This document shows positions 39,394 to 51,497 of a stretch of DNA of 64,000 nt, piece by piece. Within the stretch, counting starts at the first letter, position 1. Every line of letters begins with the position of its first letter. The position numbers and the translations under genes are program-made. The stretch is taken from positions 1-64,000 of the forward strand of contig LVLI01000599.1 of the NCBI GenBank assembly GCA_001687465.1, given 5' to 3'. The notes below the pieces were generated by a model, which saw nothing but the letters and a program-made list of their open reading frames with translations, was not told the origin of the DNA and ran no database searches. The DNA is from Halocafeteria seosinensis. Lineage: Eukaryota.

Positions 39394-41711
39394 ATTGCGA
39401 ATGGCCATAGTTATCCTCAATGGCGAGCCGCATGAACCGGACGGGTTCGTCGAAACTCCATGACCCTTCAGGCCGAAACACATCCCTTCCGGCGCCATTG
39501 TGCTGAAAGTACTTTCCAGCATCCAGTGGATACCAAGTAACTCCATGCAGAGAAGAAGAAGCGGATATTGAGAACGTTCGCAGGGCACACTCAGATTGGG
39601 AAGCGTCCACAGCGGTATCTGCCGACGGAGAAGCAACAACGATTGCTCTTATTTCTGAAATAGCCTTTGCGAGTTCCACCGTTATCACTCCGCTGGTTCC
39701 ATTTAAGGCGAAATACTGTCCGGTTCTAATGGGAGCTTCAGAAAGAGGCCAGATATCTGATATTTTGTCCGAGGCTGTATCTTCCCTGCTCACTGTATGG
39801 GGAACACGAGCCGTAAAAAGGGAAGGCGAAGCGCAGCCCACCGCAGCGCACACAAGCCGCTGAACGCTTGTGTCTTCGATATATGGGAGGTCACGCTGAG
39901 AAGTACTTCTCGAATGCCTGTGGAAGAAATGAAGCAATATAGATTATCTTAGAGAAAGACAAGGGCCGAGCGACAACATACTGGTCCTCTGGAGACGTAA
40001 CAAGCCTCGCTCCAGACCAAAAGGAGGCATAATTGGCGCCTGATGTTCCTTCCGCTCTGTAACAGTTAAGAAACAACAGCTATGGACTAAGCAGGTTGGC
40101 GGAGAATACGCAGCCCAACACATACCCTTCATCTGTCAAACGTTCTCGGACTTTTCCCCATAGTTCTTGTGTAGTATTCTTTGCCCAGTGTTCCAGTTCT
40201 GCTTGAATGTCAGTATATACCCTGTTGCAACATTCAGGCTCTTTTTGTTCGCCACCACTCATGGTGTTTGCATGTAGGAGTGACGCATTCAGAGCAAGGA
40301 CAGAAGAATTTAGCTGTGCAATTATACTATCATGTTCGGAAAAGAGGCCATTGATATCGGGTAAAGTACTCATGCTTTCGTGAACAAGCTCCTTTACCGT
40401 TGCATTGATCTTCTGGCCGTCCGGAAGGTCCTTGATGGATTCTGCAAGAAGCTCCTTTACCGTTCCATTAACCCTTTGCTCCAAGTCAGTCCCAACAGTG
40501 GTGTCCTTCTCTGATATATCAACGTGCGAATCATCGAATGTTTGGTCGTTACCCAGTGAGTGGGAGCCTTCGGCAACCTCAATTTCTTCCCTGGTACCCT
40601 CGTTCGCTGGCATTGACGTCGTTGTCTCCGAAATATTCAAGAGAGTCTCGTTCAGTTGTACGAGTGCCTCCGATTGACGACTGATGACGCTCGATAACGT
40701 CGAGTTTACATCTGATATCCTCACAGACTGGGTATCAGCAATTTCCCGCATTTCTTCTAAGGTACTACTAGTGTTTCCTAGCGTATTCTTGGTTTCTTCC
40801 TGTTGCTTCTCCAATACTTCAAACCGACGCTGATGTTCAGATAAGCTTTGATGAGTTTGTTGTGCGTGTTCTTGGTGCTTGCTCTGTAGACTATGCAGTT
40901 CCGACCTTAGAGTGCTTACTTCCCTCCGTAATTCTTCCACCAACTGCGTAAGAACGTTACCAGAGTGTGAAGTCCATTCATGAAGAAGCTACACACCTTC
41001 ACTTACCGAGACCATTTCCGACCGCTCAATCGTCATATGTATGCTGGTATTTATTCTATCACTTGAGTCCACAGCAGATTCATGAGCAAACTTCGGCAAG
41101 GCTATGATACCACTTAAGATCATAGCGCACAAACACAATACAAGAAAGACCAGAAAACGTGCATCACCCAGAGACTCCGGCTCAGCCGGCTCTACGGTAA
41201 GAGGGTGATCAAAGACCTGTGACGTGACCCGCGTAGCTTTCGACGGCGGCGTAAACGTGCCTTCCGAAGATGAGGAATCCGAAGGTGTAGCCGAATCCTC
41301 CTCTTCCTGTGGTTGATTCATTGTCCTCCGTCGACAAACATTGAGCACTGAGGAAGCATTATTTCGGACCGATGTCATGCTCGTTTGAACGGCGGTTGTA
41401 GCTCTCTGAGCCGTGTTGGACACAGCTACGAGAACGGGACGAGCTACGCCTGGATTGAGCTTGCTAATGATACGTGTAAGACCACTTGTCTCTTCCTCCT
41501 GGTCCTGTTGCTGCCCTCTCTGCGGTTGCGATTGGCTTTGTTCCACATATCGATACCTCTCCGTTCTCGACATGTATCCCCCTCCTCCTCCTCCTCTATC
41601 TTGCACACTCGATGAGGCAGCTGAAGCGCTGTAATGGGCAGAAGACGACGAAGAGGAGCTCGTAGCTCTCCTTGCTACACTGCGCCGTCTCCGAGGGGTC
41701 GTACTTGGCAT
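39359..41711 (-). CDS. SUN-domain inner nuclear membrane protein (TM, coiled coil, C-terminal SUN), 4 exons
   Basis: TM FLVFLVLCLCAMILSGIIAL; coiled coil; NYASFWSGARLV; GQYFALNG; RLAIEDNYGHSQFTCLYRFEV. The 3' end could extend further through another intron. Confidence 0.85.
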
Positions 41712-41942
41712 TGTATGACTGTTTTTGACACACACACACACACAACGAAGACAAGCAAATGAGGATTATTTATGAAATAGTTGATTTGTCTACCTGTATT
41801 TGTTTGTAGTGGGACAATCCCGGCGCATTACAGAGATATTCTCCTCCTACGCGGCCGTTAACAGACTGTTTGTACTTTATTACAGGCTATACAGCGCTTG
41901 TTTTGCAGTAATTATTTTGCTTTTAGTACCACCCAGGACAAG

Positions 41943-42989
41943 ATGCAACAAATTCTATCGAATGTTTCCAATATACGCTATGAGTGTCAGCAATTTGAGA
42001 TACTAGCCCATAAGGTGGAACAGATTCAAACACGAGGAGAAGAGATACCTCGACGAAAACAGCATTCTACAGATGAAAATGACTTTTCGTCGTCTTCTAG
42101 TGACGTCAAGATGTCGAATTCTCGAATTGCAGCGCACACCGTGCAAATGCTACTGAACGCGGGATCGATCACGGAAGCCAAAGTCAAAGACGAAGGAGGA
42201 AGTATTGCTTCGTTACGTGAATTTCTGTTGCCACCAGCACCACAGAAAACAACGAGGGCGTCCGTGTCGGCACAAAGTAAACTAACCTCGGAAAACCAAA
42301 CCGAGGCTCATGTTGGATCATCTACCGAAACTTCGGCTGTGACGGCCACCAAAGCACCTCGCGATTCTCATAACAGTGCCTCGACCACAACGGGTAACGA
42401 TAACACTGGCACAGCGAAAACATCGGCCGGAAATTCCTCAAAACAAGGGTCTCAGGAGCAGAGAGCTACTCGATTATCATCCAGCAATAAGGGTAAGTGT
42501 AGTGCTTTTTTCGCCGTAAGGAATTTCACATGCTTTCAATCAATGTTCTTTAGCCTTCAGCAAAGCGTGAGAGAGATACCCCCACAGCCAACCAGGCAGC
42601 GACGAAGAAGAGACAACAGGTGCAGGTGCGTCCGTTACCTAAGATTTGACTGACTCTTACTGGCGGTAAACCTTCTCTCCTTAATTTGTTTGCCGCAGGA
42701 ATCTATGCTTGATATTATCCGTGATAGAGTGCCACCTAAATATCAAAATGATGAGAAGCACCTTGAGCGCCTCACCACAGTGCTAAAGTTTATCAGAAAT
42801 AAGGGCGAAGATGGTGTTACTTTGAATGAAGCATGCAAGGAAATAGATTGCACAATGTTCACTACGAGGGAATATTTGAGCACCCTCGAACGGTCTGGTT
42901 TCGTCGAGCAAACAAGCCACCAGGCTCAGAAAGGAAAGAAGTCGTTAAGGTGGATTTATAAGAAACAGAAAAAACCTCGACGAGCATAG
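41943..42989 (+). CDS. Hypothetical protein with N-terminal helix, S/T-rich linker and C-terminal winged-helix-like domain, at least 3 exons
   Basis: Spliceable GT-AG ORFs. VLKFIRNKGEDGVTLNEACKEIDCTMFTTREYLSTLERSGFV fits a wHTH pattern. Start uncertain. Confidence 0.55.
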
Positions 42990-43039
42990 CGCATCTGGTA
43001 CTTTGTAAACTATATGAAGATTAAGAAGTCAGTTTGTTA

Positions 43040-45064
43040 TTACCCCAACAGAACCAATTTGACGAAACATGCAATAATGCAGAGAATAATCATAACGAGT
43101 GATGCCATCCAGAGTTGATACTTCCATTCGTAGTTCTTTTCCGCAATCTTCTCTTCCTTGCTCTTGCTCACGGGAATGATTCTGCCACTAGATAAAATAT
43201 CGTCCGCGGGTGTAATTGAAGTATACTCTCCTACAACGTGCCACCGTTGAGCATCTGTAATTTTGGCATATGTGTACTTCCCCTTGAGCGAATCGTCGCG
43301 CGGTAGCAACACCTTAGCATACGATTTGGTATGGGCCACGGATAAGGTGTTGTTGTTAGCTAATTCATGCCCAATCCACACGCGTTGCACAGTTCCCACT
43401 AGGTGGTCGTACGGGCGCCACTTCTGCATTTCCGCAGTAAGTTCGCGGCTCCGTTCTTTCTTGATACTGGTAGGAAGTTGCTTCATTGTAGCAGCAGGTG
43501 TCCCAGGGCGTGGATAAAATTGCGAGATGTTGAGCACAGGAAACTTGTACTTCCGGCACAGTTCCATGGTCTGCTCCCAATCTGCGGCTGTTTCTCCAGG
43601 GAAGCCGCAGATGATATCTGTAGCGATAGTCATCCCCGGTACATGCTTCAGAAGATAATCAGCGCATGTCTCAAATTCCTCTACGGTGTATTCTCGCTTC
43701 ATCCCTTCAAGTACCGCATTGCTACCCGCCTGTACTGGAATGTGAAGGAAGCTATAAACATTTGGATGTCGTAGCACAGCCGCTAATTCTTCGAGACTAT
43801 CCAACATGTACGGTGGGTTGCTCATTCCCACCCTCAGCATGACCGAAGGGTCGCTCGGTAGAACATCCACAATTGCTCGAAGTAAATCTGGCATTTTGAT
43901 TCCTAAATCCCGGCCATATGCCCCAACGTCTTCACTACTCAGCCATATTTCCTTCACGCCTTCCTTCATTACCTGCTGCACTCGGTTGACAATTGCTTGC
44001 GGTTCGTACGATCCAAGCTTTCCCCGAGCATGCTTGGTTTTGCAATAAGTACACTGCCCAAGACAACCGGTACTCAAAGGAATGATTTCAACCAGGGGGT
44101 TCCGCCGGACTTTTGGTAAGTCCAGTCGCGGTAGGGTGCTCTTTGAAAGAAGTTTCACCCGATTTCCGATCAGAGTCTGCTCCATTGCCTCCACGATCCT
44201 ATCAATTTGCTGAACACCCACTATTGAGCATGATTCTAGTTCCTTGATAGATCGATCGCCTTGGGGGACACATCCAGTGACAACGACTGGGATGTTCTGT
44301 TGCTTTAAACGTTGTACCACCAGCAGAAAGCGTGATTCACTAGGACCTTTGACGGTGCAACTATTTATTACCGCTCCGTCAATGTTTTCAGGAATCTTCA
44401 GACCCTCGTCTATGAGAACACTGTAGCCATACCATTCTAGCTGGCCAGCCATGTATTCGCTGTCACTCATGTTGTGGGCGCAGCCAAATGTCTTCACCCA
44501 AATTCGACCGACTCCGGGTACTTGCTCCTGTCGAGCCTCATCAATCTGCTCGTCGGCCAACGCTTCCGTGGACTTGTCCCTATTCTCTCGCCCTTGAGCC
44601 TCAGAATGACCCTCTTCGGTCTCACCGGCAGTAGAGAGCGCTTGCATCACTTTCTTTTTGTGATAGTCCGGTTTGCGTTGGATTTTGACCTCTCCCGTGA
44701 ATGGCTCCTGTGTTTTACCGCCTCCAGCGTATGGTGGCGCAGGCACCGAATCACTGTTGGAATCGGATGAATACGGGTCGTTTGTGTTGCGATTAGCTGA
44801 TGAAGAACCACTGTTATTGTCTGCTTCTTCCCCATTGCTGTCGTTGCTGTTCCGAGAGGACGGGTTCGTAGGCGCTACAATGTCCTCCATGTCCTCTTCA
44901 TCCTCGTTATTCGACCGAGCATTTTGCTGCATCCCCGCCGCATGTTTGGGGGCTTTGGAGACACGCTTCTTTGTGGTGTTTGACTTGATAGTACTCGTCT
45001 CAGAGCCTGTAGTAGAACTTGACACGGCCTGGAAGGCATCCTCCATGTCAGTCAAATCGTCCAT
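43040..45064 (-). CDS. CDKAL1: t6A tRNA methylthiotransferase (radical SAM, TRAM, C-terminal membrane anchor), intronless
   Basis: KTFGCAHNMSDSEYMAGQL; NSCTV; GCLGQCTYC; TDIICGFPGET; SQFYPRPGTPAA; hydrophobic C-terminus. Confidence 0.95.
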   Translation of the reverse strand: MDDLTDMEDAFQAVSSSTTGSETSTIKSNTTKKRVSKAPKHAAGMQQNARSNNEDEEDMEDIVAPTNPSSRNSNDSNGEEADNNSGSSSANRNTNDPYSSDSNSDSVPAPPYAGGGKTQEPFTGEVKIQRKPDYHKKKVMQALSTAGETEEGHSEAQGRENRDKSTEALADEQIDEARQEQVPGVGRIWVKTFGCAHNMSDSEYMAGQLEWYGYSVLIDEGLKIPENIDGAVINSCTVKGPSESRFLLVVQRLKQQNIPVVVTGCVPQGDRSIKELESCSIVGVQQIDRIVEAMEQTLIGNRVKLLSKSTLPRLDLPKVRRNPLVEIIPLSTGCLGQCTYCKTKHARGKLGSYEPQAIVNRVQQVMKEGVKEIWLSSEDVGAYGRDLGIKMPDLLRAIVDVLPSDPSVMLRVGMSNPPYMLDSLEELAAVLRHPNVYSFLHIPVQAGSNAVLEGMKREYTVEEFETCADYLLKHVPGMTIATDIICGFPGETAADWEQTMELCRKYKFPVLNISQFYPRPGTPAATMKQLPTSIKKERSRELTAEMQKWRPYDHLVGTVQRVWIGHELANNNTLSVAHTKSYAKVLLPRDDSLKGKYTYAKITDAQRWHVVGEYTSITPADDILSSGRIIPVSKSKEEKIAEKNYEWKYQLWMASLVMIILCIIACFVKLVLLG

Positions 45065-45382
45065 TTTCGTAGCCCAAGAATAAAACACACACCTCAAGAA
45101 GTACCCAGCAGCTAGTAAAAAACAAGAAGATGCTTCTGCTCTGCTCTGTGTGTGTGTATGGTGGTACATAGACAACCCACAGGGCGTGAAGAGTAACGCC
45201 AATAAAGGGAGTGACCCCGGTCCTTCCTGTTGACCAAGCCTGGCCCCGAGGCAAGTTGAGGGGCGTTTTTCAACCCTTGGGACGTCATCAATGACTCAGG
45301 ATTGTCGTACAAAAACATTAGTAGCTTGGCTGGTAATTTGTGAGTGACTGATTTTGAGCGTGGCGTGTATGGTTGAACGAAA

Positions 45383-46667
45383 ATGAGTGGGACAAATCGA
45401 GCTGATGATGATAAATTAGATGGTCTTTTATTGGGGGTAGCCCAAAACACACAAGGCATTGATGAATTGCTGGATGTTTTCTTCGGCTTCCTGCGGCGAA
45501 AATCTGACTTTTTCACCGGGCAGCCACCTGATGTTATCAAGCAAACTGTGGAGAAAGCCTTGGACCGACAGGCAGAAGTGATTCAAAAAGAGCAACACAA
45601 GAAGCAAGAGAAAGAAGCCAAACGCAAAGCAGCGGCGGAAGAGCGCAAGAAGAAACAGCAAGAAGAGGAACAAACAAAAAAGGCGGCGTCCACGGAAGAG
45701 AACACAGCTAAATCCTCAGAAGCAACTTCGACGAGCGCAACGGCGGCGGCCTCAACCACGGATAAAGGCCAAGGAGAAGAAAAACCAGAGGACACTGCCG
45801 AGAATCCAGGTATGCTTAATGGAGTAGTTTCCTCCCCAGTTAGTGGGGCCAGATACACCGTTGTTGTTATTATTGATCGAACTGCAGCTCTTCACGGTAA
45901 TGGGGGCCGCGGAAATGGATATTGGTGGACACAAACTCTCAGTGAAGTAAATGTATTCTGTCCCATTCGACAAGGGATAAAGGGGAAGCACATAGACTGC
46001 GATATCAAAAAAGGATTCATACGTATCGGGATCAAAGGGGAAGCACCAGTTATTGACGCTCCCCTTCATAAACCTGTAAAAGCTGACGACTGCTACTGGA
46101 CTATTGGTGAGTTGCGTCAGGACTCTTCTGTTTCGTCTCCAGTATCTTAAGGGACATGTTTGGTATACAGAGGATAATGATGATTGCCCAGAAGGGAGAA
46201 TGTTGGCAGTATACTTGCAAAAGGAAAATGGAATGGAGTGGTGGAAGTGCGTCGCAGAAGGCGAACCTGAAATTGACACGACCAAGGTACGTTCCACTTC
46301 TTTTGTCTGAGTTGACAATGATGAGCCTACGTAGCTGCGATTCGCACCTATGGTGCAATGAAGAGGAATAATTTCACAGTTTGGCTGAGTCGACCATGCA
46401 AACAACTGAATGTTGTTGCCTGACTTGGGGTCGTGTCTGTGTCGTAGATGAACAAACTTCTGTGTACTCTTGCAGGTTGAGCCAGAGAACTCAAACCTAA
46501 ATGATTTAGACCCAGAAACTAGGTCGACAGTGGAGAAAATGATGTATGACCAACGAATGAAAGCAGCTGGAAAACCGACAAGCGATGAGCAGCAGAAGCA
46601 GGATACGCTCAAGAAATTCATGGAGCAACACCCTGAAATGGATTTCAGCAATGCAAAGATTAGTTGA
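45383..46667 (+). CDS. NUDC: Nuclear migration protein NudC (CS-domain co-chaperone), 4 exons
   Basis: [16 protein letters not shown]...[54 protein letters not shown]. Confidence 0.95.
46311..46394 (+). ncRNA. Intronic box C/D snoRNA candidate
   Basis: Terminal stem gttgac/gtcgac; C box atgatga at 46318-46324; internal hairpin gcacc-tat-ggtgc; C'-like atgaaga; D box ctga at 46385-46388. It lies in the 189-nt intron 46287-46475. Confidence 0.7.
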
Positions 46668-46795
46668 GTATATCGTAGCGTTCATTCATTCGTTCCCGAG
46701 CTCTATAATGACACAAGCACTTTTGCTGCTTGGAATGTGCACTATGGCCGTTAGTGCAGGATTGAAAAGGTGAAATTTTGTACATAGTACTCACT

Positions 46796-48358
46796 TCACT
46801 CTTTCCCTTTGTCTCCTTGCTGCTGTTGTAACTGGGGTAGCATTTGGTCTAATATGGCTTGTGCCTGCTCAGGTGGTACACATTGACCACCGATGCGAAC
46901 ATAGTTGCTAGGAGTATTCTCTGCTTCTGGTGTTACAGATCTGGAATCTCCTCGTTCCAGTTCAACACGCTTTTTCGAACGTCCCTGGTGGTGCGCAACT
47001 TGCAACTTTTGTATTCCCTGTTCCACAGTTGACGACTGTGTGTCTTGGGAACCTTTCTCCTCAATAGAATGTACCTGTATATAATACACAAGATGACTAG
47101 CTTCCGGAACAGTTGGGGGAAGGCCGGACAACCCAAAGGCTACTTCCGGAGATACGATTATCGTAGCGCTTGCCCCAACGGGAACACTTTCGAGACCTGC
47201 ACAAAGACCACGGGGCACAGGTACAAACAACTTTGTGTCATAGTTGTCCCCGACGAATACAGTAGCATGCTCCGAAATATTCATGGTAAAAAGACCACCG
47301 TTGCATTTGTCAACCTCCATTGCTGATTCCCTGCTTCCGTCCCAGACAAGGACAGTGAATGACACAGATACCGTGTCCCCTACGGAGGGAGATACATTAG
47401 GCTCAGCGCCTCCCGAACATTGCAGTATAGCGTAGCCTTTATCAATCAAGTCATCAAAAGCTTCAATATCGTCGATAACCACCCGGTACTTTTTCGAGTT
47501 CCGTGGCGAGGGAGGCTCTAGCGTGGACTCAGACCGTCCAGTGGCTGTAATAGCGTTTGAAGCCTCCTCTGAATTGTTTATATCCGACGATGCGATTCCC
47601 GTAGCTTCATTTTCTGAATCCTGATTAAGCAAGTTTCTATCACTTGGCTGTGCAGTTACGGGAGATTCCGGGAAGAGGAATGTAAGTATCAAAGCCGCCG
47701 CATTCGGGTCTTGTATGGCCTTTTGAAGATAAGCATTTACTGCGTTGCGACGTAACTCTTGTGTATACGCTGTCTTCTTGGATACCATTAGCTCTTTTTT
47801 CCTTAAATCAACGTCTACCTCCAATTGGGGACAGAGCCCGCGTAGGTTGCTGTCCAGTTCCAGGAACTCGTGATACCGCTTTTCGACTACTCTGAGTCGT
47901 TTTAGGACCACTTCTACTTTATATAACGTTCGAATTTCTATAGGTTCTCTGCACACTAGTTTTCTTTCGGCGGCGCTCACTTCAATCCGTCGAATATATT
48001 CCGAAGAACGGAAGCTCAGAGTTGTCGGTTTACTCTTCTCCTTGCGCTTCCTGGTCCTCGATTTGAGTCCTCGCAGTGGTTCTCCGTGGACAGCCTCATG
48101 CTCTGTTATTTCTGTGAGGTAGTTACAGGGAACCAGTCCACGCTCTTCTTCCGGGGAAACCTTTCTGTAATCTCGTGTCTTATACACACAAGCGCGCCAC
48201 CATCCAAAATGTTCGGCCGATTCAATTTTCAAGATATCCCCCGATCGGAACTTAAGGTCACCGGGTTCCTCCCCTTTGAATGTCCATAGAGCCTGCACAT
48301 ACTGAGGAACATGCGCTTCCTCATTAGTAGCTTCCCCATTTTCTTGCGAATGGCTCAT
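46796..48358 (-). CDS. SH3-PX-FKBP-like multidomain protein, intronless
   Basis: SH3: ALWTF..EEPGDLKFRSGD..GWW..GLVPCNY. PX: VEKRYHEFLELDSNL..RRNAVNAYLQ. FKBP-like: PSVGDTVSVSF..GLCAGLESVPVG..SPEVAFG..GLPPTVPEASHLVYYIQV. Confidence 0.75.
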   Translation of the reverse strand: MSHSQENGEATNEEAHVPQYVQALWTFKGEEPGDLKFRSGDILKIESAEHFGWWRACVYKTRDYRKVSPEEERGLVPCNYLTEITEHEAVHGEPLRGLKSRTRKRKEKSKPTTLSFRSSEYIRRIEVSAAERKLVCREPIEIRTLYKVEVVLKRLRVVEKRYHEFLELDSNLRGLCPQLEVDVDLRKKELMVSKKTAYTQELRRNAVNAYLQKAIQDPNAAALILTFLFPESPVTAQPSDRNLLNQDSENEATGIASSDINNSEEASNAITATGRSESTLEPPSPRNSKKYRVVIDDIEAFDDLIDKGYAILQCSGGAEPNVSPSVGDTVSVSFTVLVWDGSRESAMEVDKCNGGLFTMNISEHATVFVGDNYDTKLFVPVPRGLCAGLESVPVGASATIIVSPEVAFGLSGLPPTVPEASHLVYYIQVHSIEEKGSQDTQSSTVEQGIQKLQVAHHQGRSKKRVELERGDSRSVTPEAENTPSNYVRIGGQCVPPEQAQAILDQMLPQLQQQQGDKGKE

Positions 48359-49011
48359 TATTCACCTGTGCAATTATCTAGCCGGGGTTCATTACAGCAG
48401 GGCGTGGAATCTCTTCAGCGAATCAATCACCATGTATCCTTCTTAAAACGAGGGCTCTGTTAAGCTATATATACCAACACATATTCAGGCCATTGACCCA
48501 TGAGCTCTGGTGGTTTATCACGAGGGAGGCACATCTATATCAATACTGGACTGAAGGGAAGCTGTTCCAAACTAACCCAACTGCTGCCGACATTTGTGTA
48601 TGAACAATTTGTACCGTACAAGTTAGGGGGGCGCTAGGCTAGCGCCATTAGACGCGCATACATATTGGGTACCCATATCTTGTGTCAATTTCTTAATGGT
48701 TTGTCTGAAGACCTATTAATCTAGCCTAGGAGGAGCCACGAGATCAGAAGAGGTCGAATCCCTCCCGGCGCTGGAGGCCTTTAGCCACGGTAGTTGTCCA
48801 TAATACATATAAAGAAAGCCCTCTTCTAACACGCTAATGTTATCAGTGCAAACCATTGATCGTGTAATGCTGTCTGATGTTGCTGCATTATGATTCAGCA
48901 GGAGATCCAATGAGACATTGTTCCAGGGATACCCAGTGCGGTCTTCCATAATAGCGCCCATTCTCCGGGGACGATGATGTATCCGCCATCATCCTGCATC
49001 TCGCAGACTTT

Positions 49012-49317
49012 CTATTCTTCCAGCTCGGGGTGAATTATCGGGTGCCATTGATGCAACCATGTGCAAATCCAGAGCATCCAGAGACAGACCACCGCAAGAA
49101 CTACCGAAGCGCAAAATATTCTGCGCTTTCACGGACATTCTCTTACCGTCATTTCTATACTTCCACAAGTATGAGAGGTTCTTCTATCAAGCACGTACCT
49201 GTAAGTTGCTCCAGCCATACACTTGCCACATCGTAGCATGCCTCCCAGTAGGCCGGCGATGATGCCGATCACCACAAACGCTATTGTTCCATTGGTTAAT
49301 GCAGATGGAACACTCAT
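49012..49317 (-). CDS. ATP6V0E: V-type ATPase V0 subunit e, 2 exons
   Basis: Two hydrophobic segments. After intron 49121-49198 it reads VVCLWMLWICTWLHQWHPIIHPE*, matching subunit e/Vma9. Confidence 0.8.
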
Positions 49318-49560
49318 TTTAACTATCCCTACTATAAATATATATTCACTTGGTATAGCTTGTTTCTGAATCTACCACTGCTATGTGCATGTATCCCACA
49401 CAACACTTGAATGGACCCTGTAAATGAACCCGGACAATCCACCCGTATTTTGGCAGAGTACTTCAATTGGAACCCAGAAACTTGTACCACAGTAGAGCTG
49501 TCAGCAACTGAATTGACGTAACAAAGTTAACGCTGATTTAATAACAACAGAAAGGAGAGA

Positions 49561-51484
49561 ATGAGGCATGTGGTGCAAGCTGTCAAGCATGGACGCCATC
49601 GCATGCACTCCCGGTATCCATTGGGAACTTTGACGGCTCCTCTACAGCACTCCACAAGGATATGTGAGACACAAAGGCTCTCCAGGGTTTTCGATCGACC
49701 ATTTGCTGGACGGTCGATGGGGGAAGAAGATCAGCTGGAACAGCAGGAAGAGAGAGCTCAAAACAAGGAAGAAGCTGTGGCACAATCATTCTTCAACATG
49801 CTGGATGTAAACCAGAGCGGCGCGATCGAGTCCGACGATCTTGTGGTACGTGACCGTGACCCGGTAGGAGGTGAAATGGTAACACTCTTTGTACCTGCTT
49901 TCTTATCGCAGAGAATATCGCAAACACTGAAGGAGCCGTTGTCAAAGGATGCTGCTGAATTCGCCGTGGATTCGATCACGGACGAGGCGGCGATAGACTA
50001 TGAGCATTTCTTACAGTATGTCAACAGAAGATTCAACTTCCTGTGAATGCAGTGTTTGTAAAACATTGTTTTGTAATTATTTGCTGATTTGTTCAAGGGT
50101 TTGGGCCGCACTTCCTGTAGGTGAGAATAACCGTGGTCCCCCAGATGACCCAATTCTCGATCCAGACGAACTCAAACAGTGGAAGAAAATCCAAGATCTC
50201 ATGTCAAGGTTCATATTTCTCTACGCCCGAGCATCAAACCCGGAGATGGCCTCAGTAACTACCTTTGAGGAGGGGTCCTTCCCCGGCGCCGAATGGAGAA
50301 TGCGTTTCGCCATTGCTTCAGCATCAGCACTGGGTCCCGATACTGTGGCTCTCGACCAAACTCCGGAGAACAACCATACTCTCATCACTGAAGCACCACG
50401 GGTTGATGATGTATCGCTTGAAAAGCTGCAAAATCTGAAAGAGGAGAATGTCCTCCCGGAGATAGAAACCATACCCCCCACTCAGTCCAGAAGATTTGCT
50501 GATTCTCTTGGCTTGGGGGTTTCATCCCAGCAAGAAGAAGATCGACTAGAGGAAGCACTTAAGGAGCAGTACTTGAATGCTTCTTCGGCTCACAATGAAG
50601 CTGTTTCTGGCAATAAAGTAAGAATTTTTAATTTTTTGGTCATGCAACTTCATCATCTTATTCTCGTATCACGCTTACTGCCAGGTCCCTTGGATGAAGA
50701 GACGCTTGTATTACGTGACGAAAGAGAACCAGGAGCTTACTACTGACATTAGTCCTTGGCATGATATACCCCTTATGGCAAGTGTTGATCGATTCCACGT
50801 TGGGGCATAATTTGGTTTGACGTATACAGTATCTTTTACTCCGCAGAACAATGACGGCACCTTCAACGCTGTCATCGAGATCCCGAAATGGTCTCGAGCT
50901 AAACTTGAATGTGCTACTAACGAGCCGTTCAACCCATTTAAGCATGACACGAAAAAGGGGAAGCTCCGAAACTACGAATGGGGCGACCTCTCCTGGAACT
51001 ATGGCTTTTTGCCGCAAACGTGGGAAGATCCCCAGATACAGGATCATTTGACTGGCTATAACGGCGATGGGGATCCTGTGGATATTGTCGAGATCGGCCA
51101 ACGGTGTTGGCCTGTGGGAACCGTTGTTCGCACTAAAGTTTTGGGGGCGTTCGCAATGGTTGACGAAGGGGAAACGGATTGGAAGGTGATATGCTTGAAT
51201 GTTGTCGATCCCATGGCTCATCAGATCAATGACATCGATGACGTAGAGGTAAGGGGAGGAGCTACGATCATAGCGCTCTGAGTACCTTGACGGCTATATC
51301 CCCATTGCAGGTACACATGCCTGGATGTTTGGCAGCAATCAGACGATGGTTTCGCCTATACAAGTTGCCGAACGTGAACGAGTTCGCACTGCAAGGTCTA
51401 GCCCAATCCAGAGAACGTACTATAGATATCCTCCGAGAGACGCACCGACAATGGCATCAAGGTTTACTGGATAGAGATGCGTAG
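49561..51484 (+). CDS. Family I soluble inorganic pyrophosphatase with N-terminal EF-hand region, 6 exons
   Basis: EF loop DVNQSGAIESDD; ISPWHDIPL; EIPKWSRAKLE; NYGFLPQTWEDP; GDGDPVD; DEGETDWK; RWFRLYK. The exons join in frame. Confidence 0.85.
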
Positions 51485-51497
51485 ATTGTTTTAGTTC

